Below, in pieces: positions 25,130 through 33,974 of a stretch of 64,000 bases of DNA. Source of the stretch: Methanomassiliicoccales archaeon. Lineage in GTDB: Archaea > Thermoplasmatota > Thermoplasmata > Methanomassiliicoccales > JAAEEP01. Both the position numbers and the translations under genes were made by a program. The DNA lies in NCBI GenBank assembly GCA_013415695.1, contig JAAEEP010000004.1:66324-130323 (forward strand). The letters run 5' to 3'. Position 1 is the stretch's first letter, and each line of letters opens with the position of its first letter. A model generated the notes under the pieces. It did no database searches. It was given only the letters and a program-made list of their open reading frames with translations, and was not told the DNA's origin.

Positions 25130-27454
25130 TCATCGACGTCGCTTTGGCTCCATATCGGTCCCGGCTACCCGTTTATAGACCAATACAGGGCACTTGGCTT
25201 CCTTCGCGATGCGGTCCTGTATGGGACCAAAGTCGAACTTCTCCCAGCGCTTGGCGGCGCTTGACCCGATTACCAGAAGGTCGTAGTCCATGGACTCCCC
25301 CACCACTCCTCCGACTATGGTCTCTGGCCGGATCTCCTTGGTAATCACAGGGACTCCGTGCGCCTCTACTATCTCTCTCAGCCGCTTGGAGTAGTTTCTT
25401 GCCTTATCCCGATAGCGCTCGTCCACTATAGTATTCAGAATGGTTATCCGAGAGCCTTCGGCCCGTGCAATCTCCGACGCTATCTCAGTGGCACTGGAAA
25501 CATGCCATGTCGCTCCAGAAAGGACCAGGATGTTCTCGGGGGAGAACTTCTCCTCCGCTCTAAGCAAGATGACGTCGCAGGGCGTCTTATGAAGTATTTC
25601 GTCCATCTTACGGCCGAGAATTCTCTTCTGGGTGCGGGTATAGCCTTTCCACCCGATCACGATCATATTGGTATGCTCTTCCGAAGCGGTGTCAACGATC
25701 GCTCCCACAACATCGTGCGAAACCGAAACCATGGCCCTCGTGGTCACCCCTTTGATCTCCGCGTGGATCTTGAGCTTCTCAAGCATCTTCTTCTTGTCAT
25801 CGAGTAGTTTGGGATCCGCGTTGCTCAGAGGGACGTTATTAGGCACCTCCAATACTGTGGTCAAGAGCAATTCTCCGTCCCTTTCCTTTGCGAGCATGCA
25901 TCCAAGATCTACAAGGGCTAGGCTCTTGGGGTCGTCGATAGGGAGTAACACCCTGTATTGCTTCCTTGTTTCCGCAGTCATGGGGGCACGGACAGGGATT
26001 ACGATCTTCTCGATCTCCTCCTTACCCTTGATGAAGTAATGTATGAGCAATCCCACATAAATAACCGCCAAGGCCACATACCATGCAATTGGCTCGACCT
26101 CCAGGATCGCTATGGAGATTCCGATCTTTGCCGCGATTGCGATGAGCGGTATCCAAGGGAACAGCGGGACCAGGAAATGCCTGGGGGCATCGGGCTTCTT
26201 CTTTCTCAGCGAGAGTAATGATATATTGACAAGTATGAACAGGAGAAGGATGAGGATATCTGCCGCACTGGCAACCTGCTCTATCGGTAGGAAGACTGAT
26301 ATTCCAATGATGATGACGCCGCTCAGTATGATAGCGGTGGCAGGCGTCTGGTTCTTAGGATGCAATTTCCCGAAGATAGCGGGAAGGTTGCCATCCCGGC
26401 CCATGGCGAATGAGACACGGGATGAGGAGAATATGACGGAGTTCACCGCAGCTATCGACCCTATTACAGTTCCGATCGCTATCAGCGCCGAGCCCAAAAT
26501 AGGCACGACATTCTCGGATGTACGGGCCAGAGCCTCCTCTCCCCAGGATGCGACGTTCTCCCAGCCAGAGGCACCGATTGTAACGAATGTTATCGTGATG
26601 AACAGAACGGTTGAGATTATCAGACACATGAACATGGCCCGAGGAATCGTTCTCTCGGGGTTCTTGGCCTCCTCACCAGTCTGGGCCACGATCTCGTATC
26701 CCTCGAATATCATGAAAGTGAATCCCATGGAGGAGGCGATACTCACTAGTCCAAAGGGCATGAAAGGCTCGTAGCTGCTCTCAGGGTTGGGCATTCCAAG
26801 TATCGCTGCAAGCGCGAAAGCGATATAGGTCACGACAATAACCACGAGAAGTATGGAGACGTATACTCCGGACTTGCCGGTTCCCTTCACCCCTCTATAG
26901 TTAAGGTAGCTGAACGCCAGTGCGATAATCACCGCGAATATCTTGACCACCATTTCAGAGGGTATCCCAAGGTCTATGTTGTAACGGTCGAATATCCAGA
27001 GCATTCCGGCTCCGAATCCTAGTACATAGACGCCGCAGGCGATGCAGTGACCAACCCATGACATCCAACCCCCTAAGAATCCAAAGGGAGGAAACAATCC
27101 CTCCTTCACCCAGAGATATCCTCCACCTGTTTCAGGGAAGGCGCTGCTGAGCTCGGCATAGGAAAAGGCGGTGAAAAGCGTCACTATGAAGTTGAGGGCG
27201 AGAGCTAGAAGTAGGGCAGGGCCGGCAATGCTTACACCAAACCCCACCAAGATGAAAATCGTAGACCCAATGTTGGGGCCCACTCCGATCATGAGAACCT
27301 CAAGTAGGCCCAAATCTCTCTTCAGAGAGACTTCGACCGTACTGGAGTGTTCACCGCCCTTTTCCTGAGTCATGCTTGAACTTGCGTTAATTCTGTCTAT
27401 CGTTATAAGAGTTTCAGTCAAAGGATAAGCTGTTAATTCATTCTGAAGAATCAT
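25130..27454 (-). CDS. APC-superfamily amino-acid permease fused to tandem universal-stress-protein (Usp) domains
   Basis: 774 aa. About 12 TM helices are followed by two Usp-like modules ('YRVLLPIDD...', 'NILVLSGATWH...LLVIGSS'). The start is probably an internal Met (MTQEKGG...). Confidence 0.75.
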   Translation of the reverse strand: MILQNELTAYPLTETLITIDRINASSSMTQEKGGEHSSTVEVSLKRDLGLLEVLMIGVGPNIGSTIFILVGFGVSIAGPALLLALALNFIVTLFTAFSYAELSSAFPETGGGYLWVKEGLFPPFGFLGGWMSWVGHCIACGVYVLGFGAGMLWIFDRYNIDLGIPSEMVVKIFAVIIALAFSYLNYRGVKGTGKSGVYVSILLVVIVVTYIAFALAAILGMPNPESSYEPFMPFGLVSIASSMGFTFMIFEGYEIVAQTGEEAKNPERTIPRAMFMCLIISTVLFITITFVTIGASGWENVASWGEEALARTSENVVPILGSALIAIGTVIGSIAAVNSVIFSSSRVSFAMGRDGNLPAIFGKLHPKNQTPATAIILSGVIIIGISVFLPIEQVASAADILILLLFILVNISLLSLRKKKPDAPRHFLVPLFPWIPLIAIAAKIGISIAILEVEPIAWYVALAVIYVGLLIHYFIKGKEEIEKIVIPVRAPMTAETRKQYRVLLPIDDPKSLALVDLGCMLAKERDGELLLTTVLEVPNNVPLSNADPKLLDDKKKMLEKLKIHAEIKGVTTRAMVSVSHDVVGAIVDTASEEHTNMIVIGWKGYTRTQKRILGRKMDEILHKTPCDVILLRAEEKFSPENILVLSGATWHVSSATEIASEIARAEGSRITILNTIVDERYRDKARNYSKRLREIVEAHGVPVITKEIRPETIVGGVVGESMDYDLLVIGSSAAKRWEKFDFGPIQDRIAKEAKCPVLVYKRVAGTDMEPKRRR

Positions 27455-27624
27455 GCTGGCTTAAAAGAACGAAGTCGAGTGTGGAAGTAGAAGACAGCCT
27501 GCAGTTTGGTCCCAGAGGTGTCCCCGACATCAATGAATCGAATGAAACCGAAATTCGTAGGTCTCCTACAATTCCGATCCTGATCTCATTGTCTCAAGAA
27601 GAAAGGGAGTAGAATATTCTGCAC

Positions 27625-28032
27625 TCAAGGATGAATGTTCATCGTATCGGATCTAGTGCAGGGAGCGGCATATGAGAAGGGGGCTTGATGTCGTCCGCTG
27701 GCTATCAGCTCGACAACAGAGCCATCGCCTCTAACCATCAAGGCACCAATTCCCTTCCTCCGAAACTCACGAATATGTCGAAGAACCAGTGCCTGTTTCT
27801 CCGACGGCATTGCAATATAACTCTTGACCGAGAACATAGTGTAGTTGCTTGCCTGTCTCAGAGCCCCTTTCCAATCCGAAAGCTTCATCTCTACTGCCAC
27901 CTCGATCCTTCCTTCCCTAATTCCGACGACATCTGGAATGCGCCAGCATATCCTGTACTCGTTGATGGGGTGCAGACCCTCTTTGAGTATCCATTCATTG
28001 ATGAATGGTCTGAGCTCCTCCTCCAGTTCCAT
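27625..28032 (-). CDS. Hypothetical protein with a PD-(D/E)xK nuclease-like motif
   Basis: 135 aa. 'RIPDVVGIREGRIEVAVEMKLSDWK' gives D...E-x-K spacing after an N-terminal acidic helix. Motif-level evidence only. Confidence 0.4.
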   Translation of the reverse strand: MELEEELRPFINEWILKEGLHPINEYRICWRIPDVVGIREGRIEVAVEMKLSDWKGALRQASNYTMFSVKSYIAMPSEKQALVLRHIREFRRKGIGALMVRGDGSVVELIASGRHQAPFSYAAPCTRSDTMNIHP

Positions 28033-28055
28033 TCTCGATCACCGTCATTGACTCC

Positions 28056-28610
28056 ATGGTCATGATTTGGACCGTACTTCAATCAACTCATAGGAGGCGG
28101 CCGAAAGTTGCTTTTGATATCGAACCGGTATCAGATGGGGAAGGTGATCAGCTGAGAAGATTGCATCCAGACAAGCTAAAAGTGAGATTCTTGGCTCCCT
28201 GCAATTCAACAGGGCCGGAGACGCCAAGGAAGTACACCCTCACGCACTCAGATCTTTCAGGGGATCTCTTTCTGACAGTGGCGGCCGATCATGATCTCCA
28301 GCAAATATCTGGAATGTACACTCGTTTTATGAGGGACGAGGTGCTAGAAGAATGACACCTTCAAGGGAATAGAAGATTGGAAATTTCTCTGCATGTAAGC
28401 GGTGGCGTTGTCCTGGGAACAAAAACGTTCAGGGATAGGACATTCCGAAGGGAACTCCCCCTTGCCTTGGAGGCGATAAGGTATGGAGACAGGGTTTTCT
28501 TCGATGCACACCCCGAATTCGATGTTGCTAAAATAGTCGTGCATTTCCAATCCTCTTACCCAAGATATGATCCATGGGAGGAATGGGGCACACCTTCAGA
28601 TTACACCTGA
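28056..28610 (+). pseudogene. Staygreen (SGR, Mg-dechelatase family) homolog interrupted by an in-frame TGA at 28353-28355
   Basis: ORFs 28056-28355 and 28377-28610 are in the same frame. 'PRKYTLTHSDLSGDLFLTV', 'RDEVLEE*', 'LHVSGG', 'FRRELPLALEAIRYGD' and 'WGTP' follow the SGR family pattern as I remember it. Confidence 0.65.
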
Positions 28611-28623
28611 TGCCGACATTGAA

Positions 28624-29508
28624 CTAGAGCAACGGATCAGGTTGCCTATCTGGGTGCAGGTGAGGAAGTGATGCCCTGTGAATTACCAACCCTCCCTCGA
28701 ATTTCATCGCCCTGTTGAGGACTAACCTCTTGCCCATGTCGGAGACGGCATACACGGGAATTGCCACCCCGATCTGGATCTTGGATTTGGGAGCCACAAC
28801 CTCTCTTACCTGCTTGGAGGCGCAGGCCCAAACGATGTCGGCGTACTTCGCCAGCGTCTCTGCCTGGTCGAAATCGATGCCGGTCGTGTGAACGGCCATG
28901 ATTATCGGCGGTTTTCCGGTTGCCTTGCCCATCTCCCAAAGCTGCTTGGCCTCGAAAGCCCTCAATCCAGTGATGGTTACCGCAATCTTCTCGAACCCCA
29001 ATTCAATGGCCTTAGCATACCCTTTAACCTGGTCGATCTCGCATTCATTGCCCAGAAGGGTGCATTCTCGGTTCTCAAGGCCCTCCTGTATCTCCACAAC
29101 CGGCTCCGTCATCATCAATCCGGTCATGTGGGCCCCCACCGCCTGCAGCACTTCACCATTTGTTACTATAATTGTTCCAGCACCTTCACACACCACCACG
29201 GCAGCATCCACTAGGGATTCGCTCATTCCATCCATAATCATCTCGGAAGCGCCGAAACTGACCGGGGTCTCATCAAGCTCCAAAACCCTGTCTGGACCAT
29301 ACATCCCAAGCTCCTGAATGTGCTCTCTGAGTACTCTCTCCACAGTCTCTCTCGACTCCTTGTCGCAGCCGTAAAGATCCTTTCGAAGGGGACAGCTTCT
29401 AATCTTAGGGTCTGAAAGAACCTTGATTTTTCCGTCCTTGACAAGAACCAGGGCTTTCGCCATCTCCAGTAAATGCTCAGGCATGCATATCACTCCAATA
29501 TGAACCAA
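28624..29508 (-). CDS. DUF2099-like protein (resembles 'methanogenesis marker protein 8')
   Basis: 294 aa. 'VLVKDGKIKVLSDPKIRSCPL', 'VVVCEGAGTIIV', 'AVHTTGI' and 'ACASK' resemble my recollection of DUF2099. The start may be Met9 or Met16. Confidence 0.45.
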   Translation of the reverse strand: MVHIGVICMPEHLLEMAKALVLVKDGKIKVLSDPKIRSCPLRKDLYGCDKESRETVERVLREHIQELGMYGPDRVLELDETPVSFGASEMIMDGMSESLVDAAVVVCEGAGTIIVTNGEVLQAVGAHMTGLMMTEPVVEIQEGLENRECTLLGNECEIDQVKGYAKAIELGFEKIAVTITGLRAFEAKQLWEMGKATGKPPIIMAVHTTGIDFDQAETLAKYADIVWACASKQVREVVAPKSKIQIGVAIPVYAVSDMGKRLVLNRAMKFEGGLVIHRASLPHLHPDRQPDPLL

Positions 29509-29923
29509 GGGTTTTTCTCATGAGGTAATTGTTACCTCTCTGGCATATGAAATTGTACCCAAGTTTTCTATAGAAATCAAATGCCCCAACGTTCGTTGTC
29601 TGCACCCATAGTTCAACCGAGTCCATACCTAAGAGGATGGCCAGAGCCTCGATACGTTGCATCATCCGCATACCGTACCCTTTCCGCTTCAGGCCCTTGG
29701 GAACTTGGATAGAGTTAATGAACAGGGAACACCCCCTTGGCTCCACGTTGAAATAGCCAGAGGTGATCCCGTCCACCTCCATGATCTCGGTGTTCGATTC
29801 AGGATCCTTGAGCATATCCAATAGAGTCTCGTCCTGCCATTTTACTCCCCAGGCGGACCAAATGACTGGAGCCATGTTCTCCCGGCTCATTCTAAGGATT
29901 TCGGGGATATCATCTTGTCTCAT
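29477..29923 (-). CDS. GNAT-family N-acetyltransferase
   Basis: 'INSIQVPKGLKRKGYGMRMMQRIEALA' is an acetyl-CoA-binding Q/RxxGxG/A-type motif. The start was set to Met28, giving a ~149-aa GNAT-sized protein. Confidence 0.7.
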   Translation of the reverse strand: MRQDDIPEILRMSRENMAPVIWSAWGVKWQDETLLDMLKDPESNTEIMEVDGITSGYFNVEPRGCSLFINSIQVPKGLKRKGYGMRMMQRIEALAILLGMDSVELWVQTTNVGAFDFYRKLGYNFICQRGNNYLMRKTLGSYWSDMHA

Positions 29924-30064
29924 CCTGCGGAAAAGACAACACTTGGACACAAGGCAATAGAGGCCTGCCATAACTAAAAACCCTTCGTATCTTATTGAAG
30001 ACATTTGGTTGATGGGAAGAATATAAATATGCTGAAATGTTGAATGGGCATTGGTGAGATAGCT

Positions 30065-30385
30065 ATGGTGACCATCAGTGATGAGGCACTGAAGTTCATT
30101 AATGAACTTCTTGAGAAGAATGATAAGAAGGGTTACGGTATTCGCATTTATCTGGCCGGTATGGGCTGTTCCGGCCCCCAGTTCGGGATGGCCTTCCAGG
30201 ACGCTGCGAAGGAGGGGGACATCGAGGAGAAGATGGACGGATTTTCATTCTACTTCGATGACGAGACCCACATGGCCCTGGATGGAGCATCTATCGACCT
30301 GGTCGACACGGCAAACGGTAGTGGTCTAATCATCCAGAATCCAAATGTCTCGGGATGCTCCTCTTGCGGCGGCAGCTGCCATTGA
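30065..30385 (+). CDS. iscA: HesB/IscA-family iron-sulfur cluster insertion protein
   Basis: 106 aa. 'GYGIRIYLAGMGCSGPQFGMAF' and the C-terminal 'GCSSCGGSC' supply the three conserved Cys of A-type carriers. Confidence 0.8.
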   Translation: MVTISDEALKFINELLEKNDKKGYGIRIYLAGMGCSGPQFGMAFQDAAKEGDIEEKMDGFSFYFDDETHMALDGASIDLVDTANGSGLIIQNPNVSGCSSCGGSCH

Positions 30386-30607
30386 GCGTAACCATTTCCT
30401 TTTCAACTTATTCTGAAGTTGTAGTTCTATTGCTCTAACCCAGATTGATTTAATTACTTTGATTCTTCCAGCAATGCATCTCACATCTTGTGTTCAGAGA
30501 TTTAGAACAATGTCTTTCCAGATCGAACTAAGTTCGATGCCCGATACCGGAGGGATTTTCGGTGACGGGGGAGAAACATTCATCTATGCTCCCAGTAATC
30601 CGAACAG

Positions 30608-32179
30608 GTGTTCGTCGAGCACCCCCTTATCCGTGATGAAGCGATCGAGGAGAGGGACTACCAGAGGAACCTGGCGAAAACGGCCCTCAAACACTCCACG
30701 CTTGTAGTACTCCCCACGGGCATGGGGAAGACCGTTGTGGCTCTCATGGTTATAGCCGAGGTCCTGCGGATTAAGGGGGGGAAAGTCCTATTTCTGGCAC
30801 CGACCAAGCCCCTGGTGGAGCAGCACTCGTCGTTCCTCGAGAATAATCTTGTGGGAAAGGACATCCTTACCCTCACTGGTGAGGTCTCTCCCGAGGAGAG
30901 AGAGGTACTGTGGATTGAGAACGATGTCATTGTCTCCACGCCCCAGGTCGTCGCAAATGATCTTCGCCATGAGCGGGTGAGCCTGAGAGAAGTGAATCTG
31001 ATCATCTTTGACGAGGCCCACAGGGGAGTGGGCTCGTACGCTTACGTCCAGGTAGCGGAGGAGTACAAGCCCTACGGGGGCTTGATCTTGGGCATGACCG
31101 CATCACCCGGATCAAGTAAGGAGAAGATCGATCAAGTTTGCAGGAATCTTGGAATCGAGAAGCTGGAGATCCGTTCTGAGAGTGATCCGGATGTGGCTCG
31201 CTACGTCCACGACGTGAACATCAATTGGGTCGAGGTCGATCTGCCAAAACTAATGATGGACATCCGAGAGGTGCTGGACTCAATGTATTCTGGCTATGTC
31301 AAAGAGCTTGTTGGCATGGGGCTGATGAGCAAGGGCAGACCTCCCTCGAAGAAGTATCTTCTGGAGATCAGCTCTTCCGTCCAAGCAAGGCTTCGATCCG
31401 GGGAAAAAAGAAGGCATCTCTACAGAGCCGTAAGCCTCGTCGCAATGGCCATCAAGGTGGGACATGCCATTGAGATGGTTGAGACCCAGGGGATGACAGC
31501 ACTCAACGCCTACCTTGAGCGACTGGATCAGGAAGCATGCTCCAAAGAAGGATCGAAGGCCTCAAGGGAGATAGCCCGGTCAGAGGAGTTCAAGAAGGTA
31601 AGGAAGATCTCCTCCAATGCCAGAATAGAGCATCCTAAGCTCTCAAGAATCATGAGCATTGTCTCAAATCAAGTTCTGGCCAAGCCGGATTCCAGAGTTC
31701 TTGTATTCACCCATTACAGGGATACCTGTGATCTAGTTACAGGCAAGTTAGAGATGATAGAGGGGGCTAGGGTGGGTAAGCTAATAGGCCAGTCAGAGCA
31801 CTCTGGAGACAAAGGACTGAAGCAGAAGGAACAGGTCGCCCTCCTTGAGCGATTCAGGACAGGTGAGCTCAATGTGGTGGTGGCAACCTCAGTAGGAGAG
31901 GAGGGTCTGGACGTCGCTTCGACCGACCTTGTGGTCTTCTACGAACCCGTCCCTTCAGAGATAAGGACTATCCAGAGGAGAGGAAGGACTGGAAGGAGTA
32001 GGGCGGGTAGAGTGGTGATACTCATCGCAAGGGGTACGAGGGACGAAGCATATTATTACAGCTCCATGAAGAAGGAGAAGGCTATGAAGAAACGCCTTTC
32101 CAGCCTTCAGAAGAAAACGGATGTCCATGGAACAAGTGATCAAGGGGCTGAAAGACAACGGACCCTTCAAGATTTCTGA
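30608..32179 (+). CDS. hef: Hef/FANCM-type DEAH helicase with no nuclease domain
   Basis: 523 aa with 'ERDYQ', 'VLPTGMGKT', 'FDEAHR', 'MTASPG', 'VATSVGEEGLD' and 'QRRGRTGR'. The protein ends after the helicase core. GTG start. Confidence 0.8.
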   Translation: MFVEHPLIRDEAIEERDYQRNLAKTALKHSTLVVLPTGMGKTVVALMVIAEVLRIKGGKVLFLAPTKPLVEQHSSFLENNLVGKDILTLTGEVSPEEREVLWIENDVIVSTPQVVANDLRHERVSLREVNLIIFDEAHRGVGSYAYVQVAEEYKPYGGLILGMTASPGSSKEKIDQVCRNLGIEKLEIRSESDPDVARYVHDVNINWVEVDLPKLMMDIREVLDSMYSGYVKELVGMGLMSKGRPPSKKYLLEISSSVQARLRSGEKRRHLYRAVSLVAMAIKVGHAIEMVETQGMTALNAYLERLDQEACSKEGSKASREIARSEEFKKVRKISSNARIEHPKLSRIMSIVSNQVLAKPDSRVLVFTHYRDTCDLVTGKLEMIEGARVGKLIGQSEHSGDKGLKQKEQVALLERFRTGELNVVVATSVGEEGLDVASTDLVVFYEPVPSEIRTIQRRGRTGRSRAGRVVILIARGTRDEAYYYSSMKKEKAMKKRLSSLQKKTDVHGTSDQGAERQRTLQDF

Positions 32180-32340
32180 TGTCTTCTTTCAAATAGCTAG
32201 CCAGCGGTCTTTCGATTCGGCCTCTTCCAAGAGGAAATGATTTGTAAACCTCGGAGCCTATTATAATCCTGCTTGGGGGAGTAAGTTGAAATATCTAATC
32301 CTGGCAATGTTCAATTGTTGCCCGAACTAGGAGGAGTGCG

Positions 32341-33924
32341 ATGGTACGCTTGGTGCTCACCTGTGATAGAACGCTAACCAGCAGTTTCAGGAATATACCA
32401 ATGTTGGATTTCTTGGGCTGTGCGCCTTCGGAGAAGGTTCCGCATTTCCTCTACGGTGGGTTGGATACCCAACTACCATGCGAGAACGGAATACTGAAGA
32501 TCGCTCCCTACTCCACGAGAAAGGTGGAGGCCTCGCTGATCAACGATGGGTTTGAGGGGCTCGTATTGGCACATCCAGACCAGACTGAGAGATTCATTGA
32601 CGAGGGGACAAGGGTGGTTGGGATATCGGCCATGGATCCTATGGGTCTTGGTCCCGTGACCATGATGTTCACCGTCGGGGGATCATACACATCCTTTACC
32701 AAGCTGGCTTTCCTGAATCTAGTAAGGAAGCTTTCAAACCTCCGCGAACGGCGTTCCCTTGACTTCAAGATCGTCGTCGGAGGTCCGGGGGCATGGCAGG
32801 TGCTCACCTACGAGGACTGGCAATCCATGGGAATCGATCATGTGGTCATGGGAGAGATCGATCACAGGGCCATTGAGGTTATGGAGTCCATTGAACTAGG
32901 TGATGCCGAGGGCGTGGTCGCTGCGAACGGGTTCCCCAAGGCAGATGAACTCCAGCCAATACGGGGGGCTTCCTACGATGGTCTTGTGGAGACCATGAGA
33001 GGCTGTGGGAGGAACTGCCGATGGTGCGACCCCAGTAACCGCAGGGTAAGGGAGGTTCCCATTGAAACTCTGCTCACCGAGATCGCGGTGAACACCAAGA
33101 ACGGGGTGGACCACATATCACTCCATAGCGAGGATTTTTTTCAGTATGGCCTGGAGGATAAGAAAGGGTTCACACCCAACACTGACAGGATAGTGGAGTT
33201 GTTGGAAACCGCAATGGCACAGCCAGGGGTGAGGGTAGCAAACCCTACGCACGGCAGCATCGCCCCGGTGGTCGCGGACCCATCGATGATAAGAAGATTG
33301 TCTATCGTGGGAGAAGCAGGCCCAGATCATTGGATGGGAATCCAGATGGGCCTTGAAACTGCTTCCAGTAGACTTCTGAGCAAGTACATGGGTAACAAAT
33401 CCAAACCCTTCTCCCCAGAGGAGTGGCCTGAGGTCGTTATCAGGGGAACATGCATCCTCAATTCAAACTACTGGTTTCCGGCTTTTACCGCGATTGTCGG
33501 TCTTCCGGATGAAACGGAGGAGGACGCCCTGGAAACTGCCAGAATGGTGGTCACCATGGAGAAGATTTTGGAAGAACGTCTTGGAGAGAAATGCCATTTC
33601 TCTGTGACCCCCTTGGCGTACATTCCAATGGGCTCACTTAGGGGAGGGGAGCCTTTTGATATAACCAACTCCCTGAACGAGGGGCGCTTCCTGATGATCT
33701 ATCACTCCTGGAAACACCTTGTTAAGGAGATTCCCAAGTTCACCAAGTCCGCAATGACGGGCAATCCATTCAACCGCCTGGTCTTCTCTCCCTTCACCCG
33801 GATCGGGTCCAGGATAATTCTGAATATTCTCCGCAGATGGGGCATAAGGCAGGGCTTCGATCCCGATCAGCCAATTGATCTTTTGGACATTGATATCAGA
33901 TCCGATGACGTCCAAGGTCTTTGA
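32341..33924 (+). CDS. Radical SAM protein with an N-terminal B12-binding-like domain
   Basis: 527 aa with a CX3CX2C cluster 'RGCGRNCRWC'. The N-terminal Rossmann-like part is 'VVGISAMDPMG...KIVVGGPG'. It resembles methanogen-type B12/rSAM families (from memory). Confidence 0.7.
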   Translation: MVRLVLTCDRTLTSSFRNIPMLDFLGCAPSEKVPHFLYGGLDTQLPCENGILKIAPYSTRKVEASLINDGFEGLVLAHPDQTERFIDEGTRVVGISAMDPMGLGPVTMMFTVGGSYTSFTKLAFLNLVRKLSNLRERRSLDFKIVVGGPGAWQVLTYEDWQSMGIDHVVMGEIDHRAIEVMESIELGDAEGVVAANGFPKADELQPIRGASYDGLVETMRGCGRNCRWCDPSNRRVREVPIETLLTEIAVNTKNGVDHISLHSEDFFQYGLEDKKGFTPNTDRIVELLETAMAQPGVRVANPTHGSIAPVVADPSMIRRLSIVGEAGPDHWMGIQMGLETASSRLLSKYMGNKSKPFSPEEWPEVVIRGTCILNSNYWFPAFTAIVGLPDETEEDALETARMVVTMEKILEERLGEKCHFSVTPLAYIPMGSLRGGEPFDITNSLNEGRFLMIYHSWKHLVKEIPKFTKSAMTGNPFNRLVFSPFTRIGSRIILNILRRWGIRQGFDPDQPIDLLDIDIRSDDVQGL

Positions 33925-33974
33925 TGACATCATTTGTCTTCAACGATAAATACCTGCAAGGCGTTTGATGTGAC

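Noticed and set aside
28353-28355. Selenocysteine or a reassigned UGA codon as the explanation for the in-frame TGA in the SGR homolog
   Set aside because: TGA terminates many well-defined genes in this window. The codon aligns with Trp (TGG, one substitution away), not Cys. I see no obvious SECIS-like hairpin, and no Sec machinery is in view. A point mutation or sequencing error is more parsimonious.
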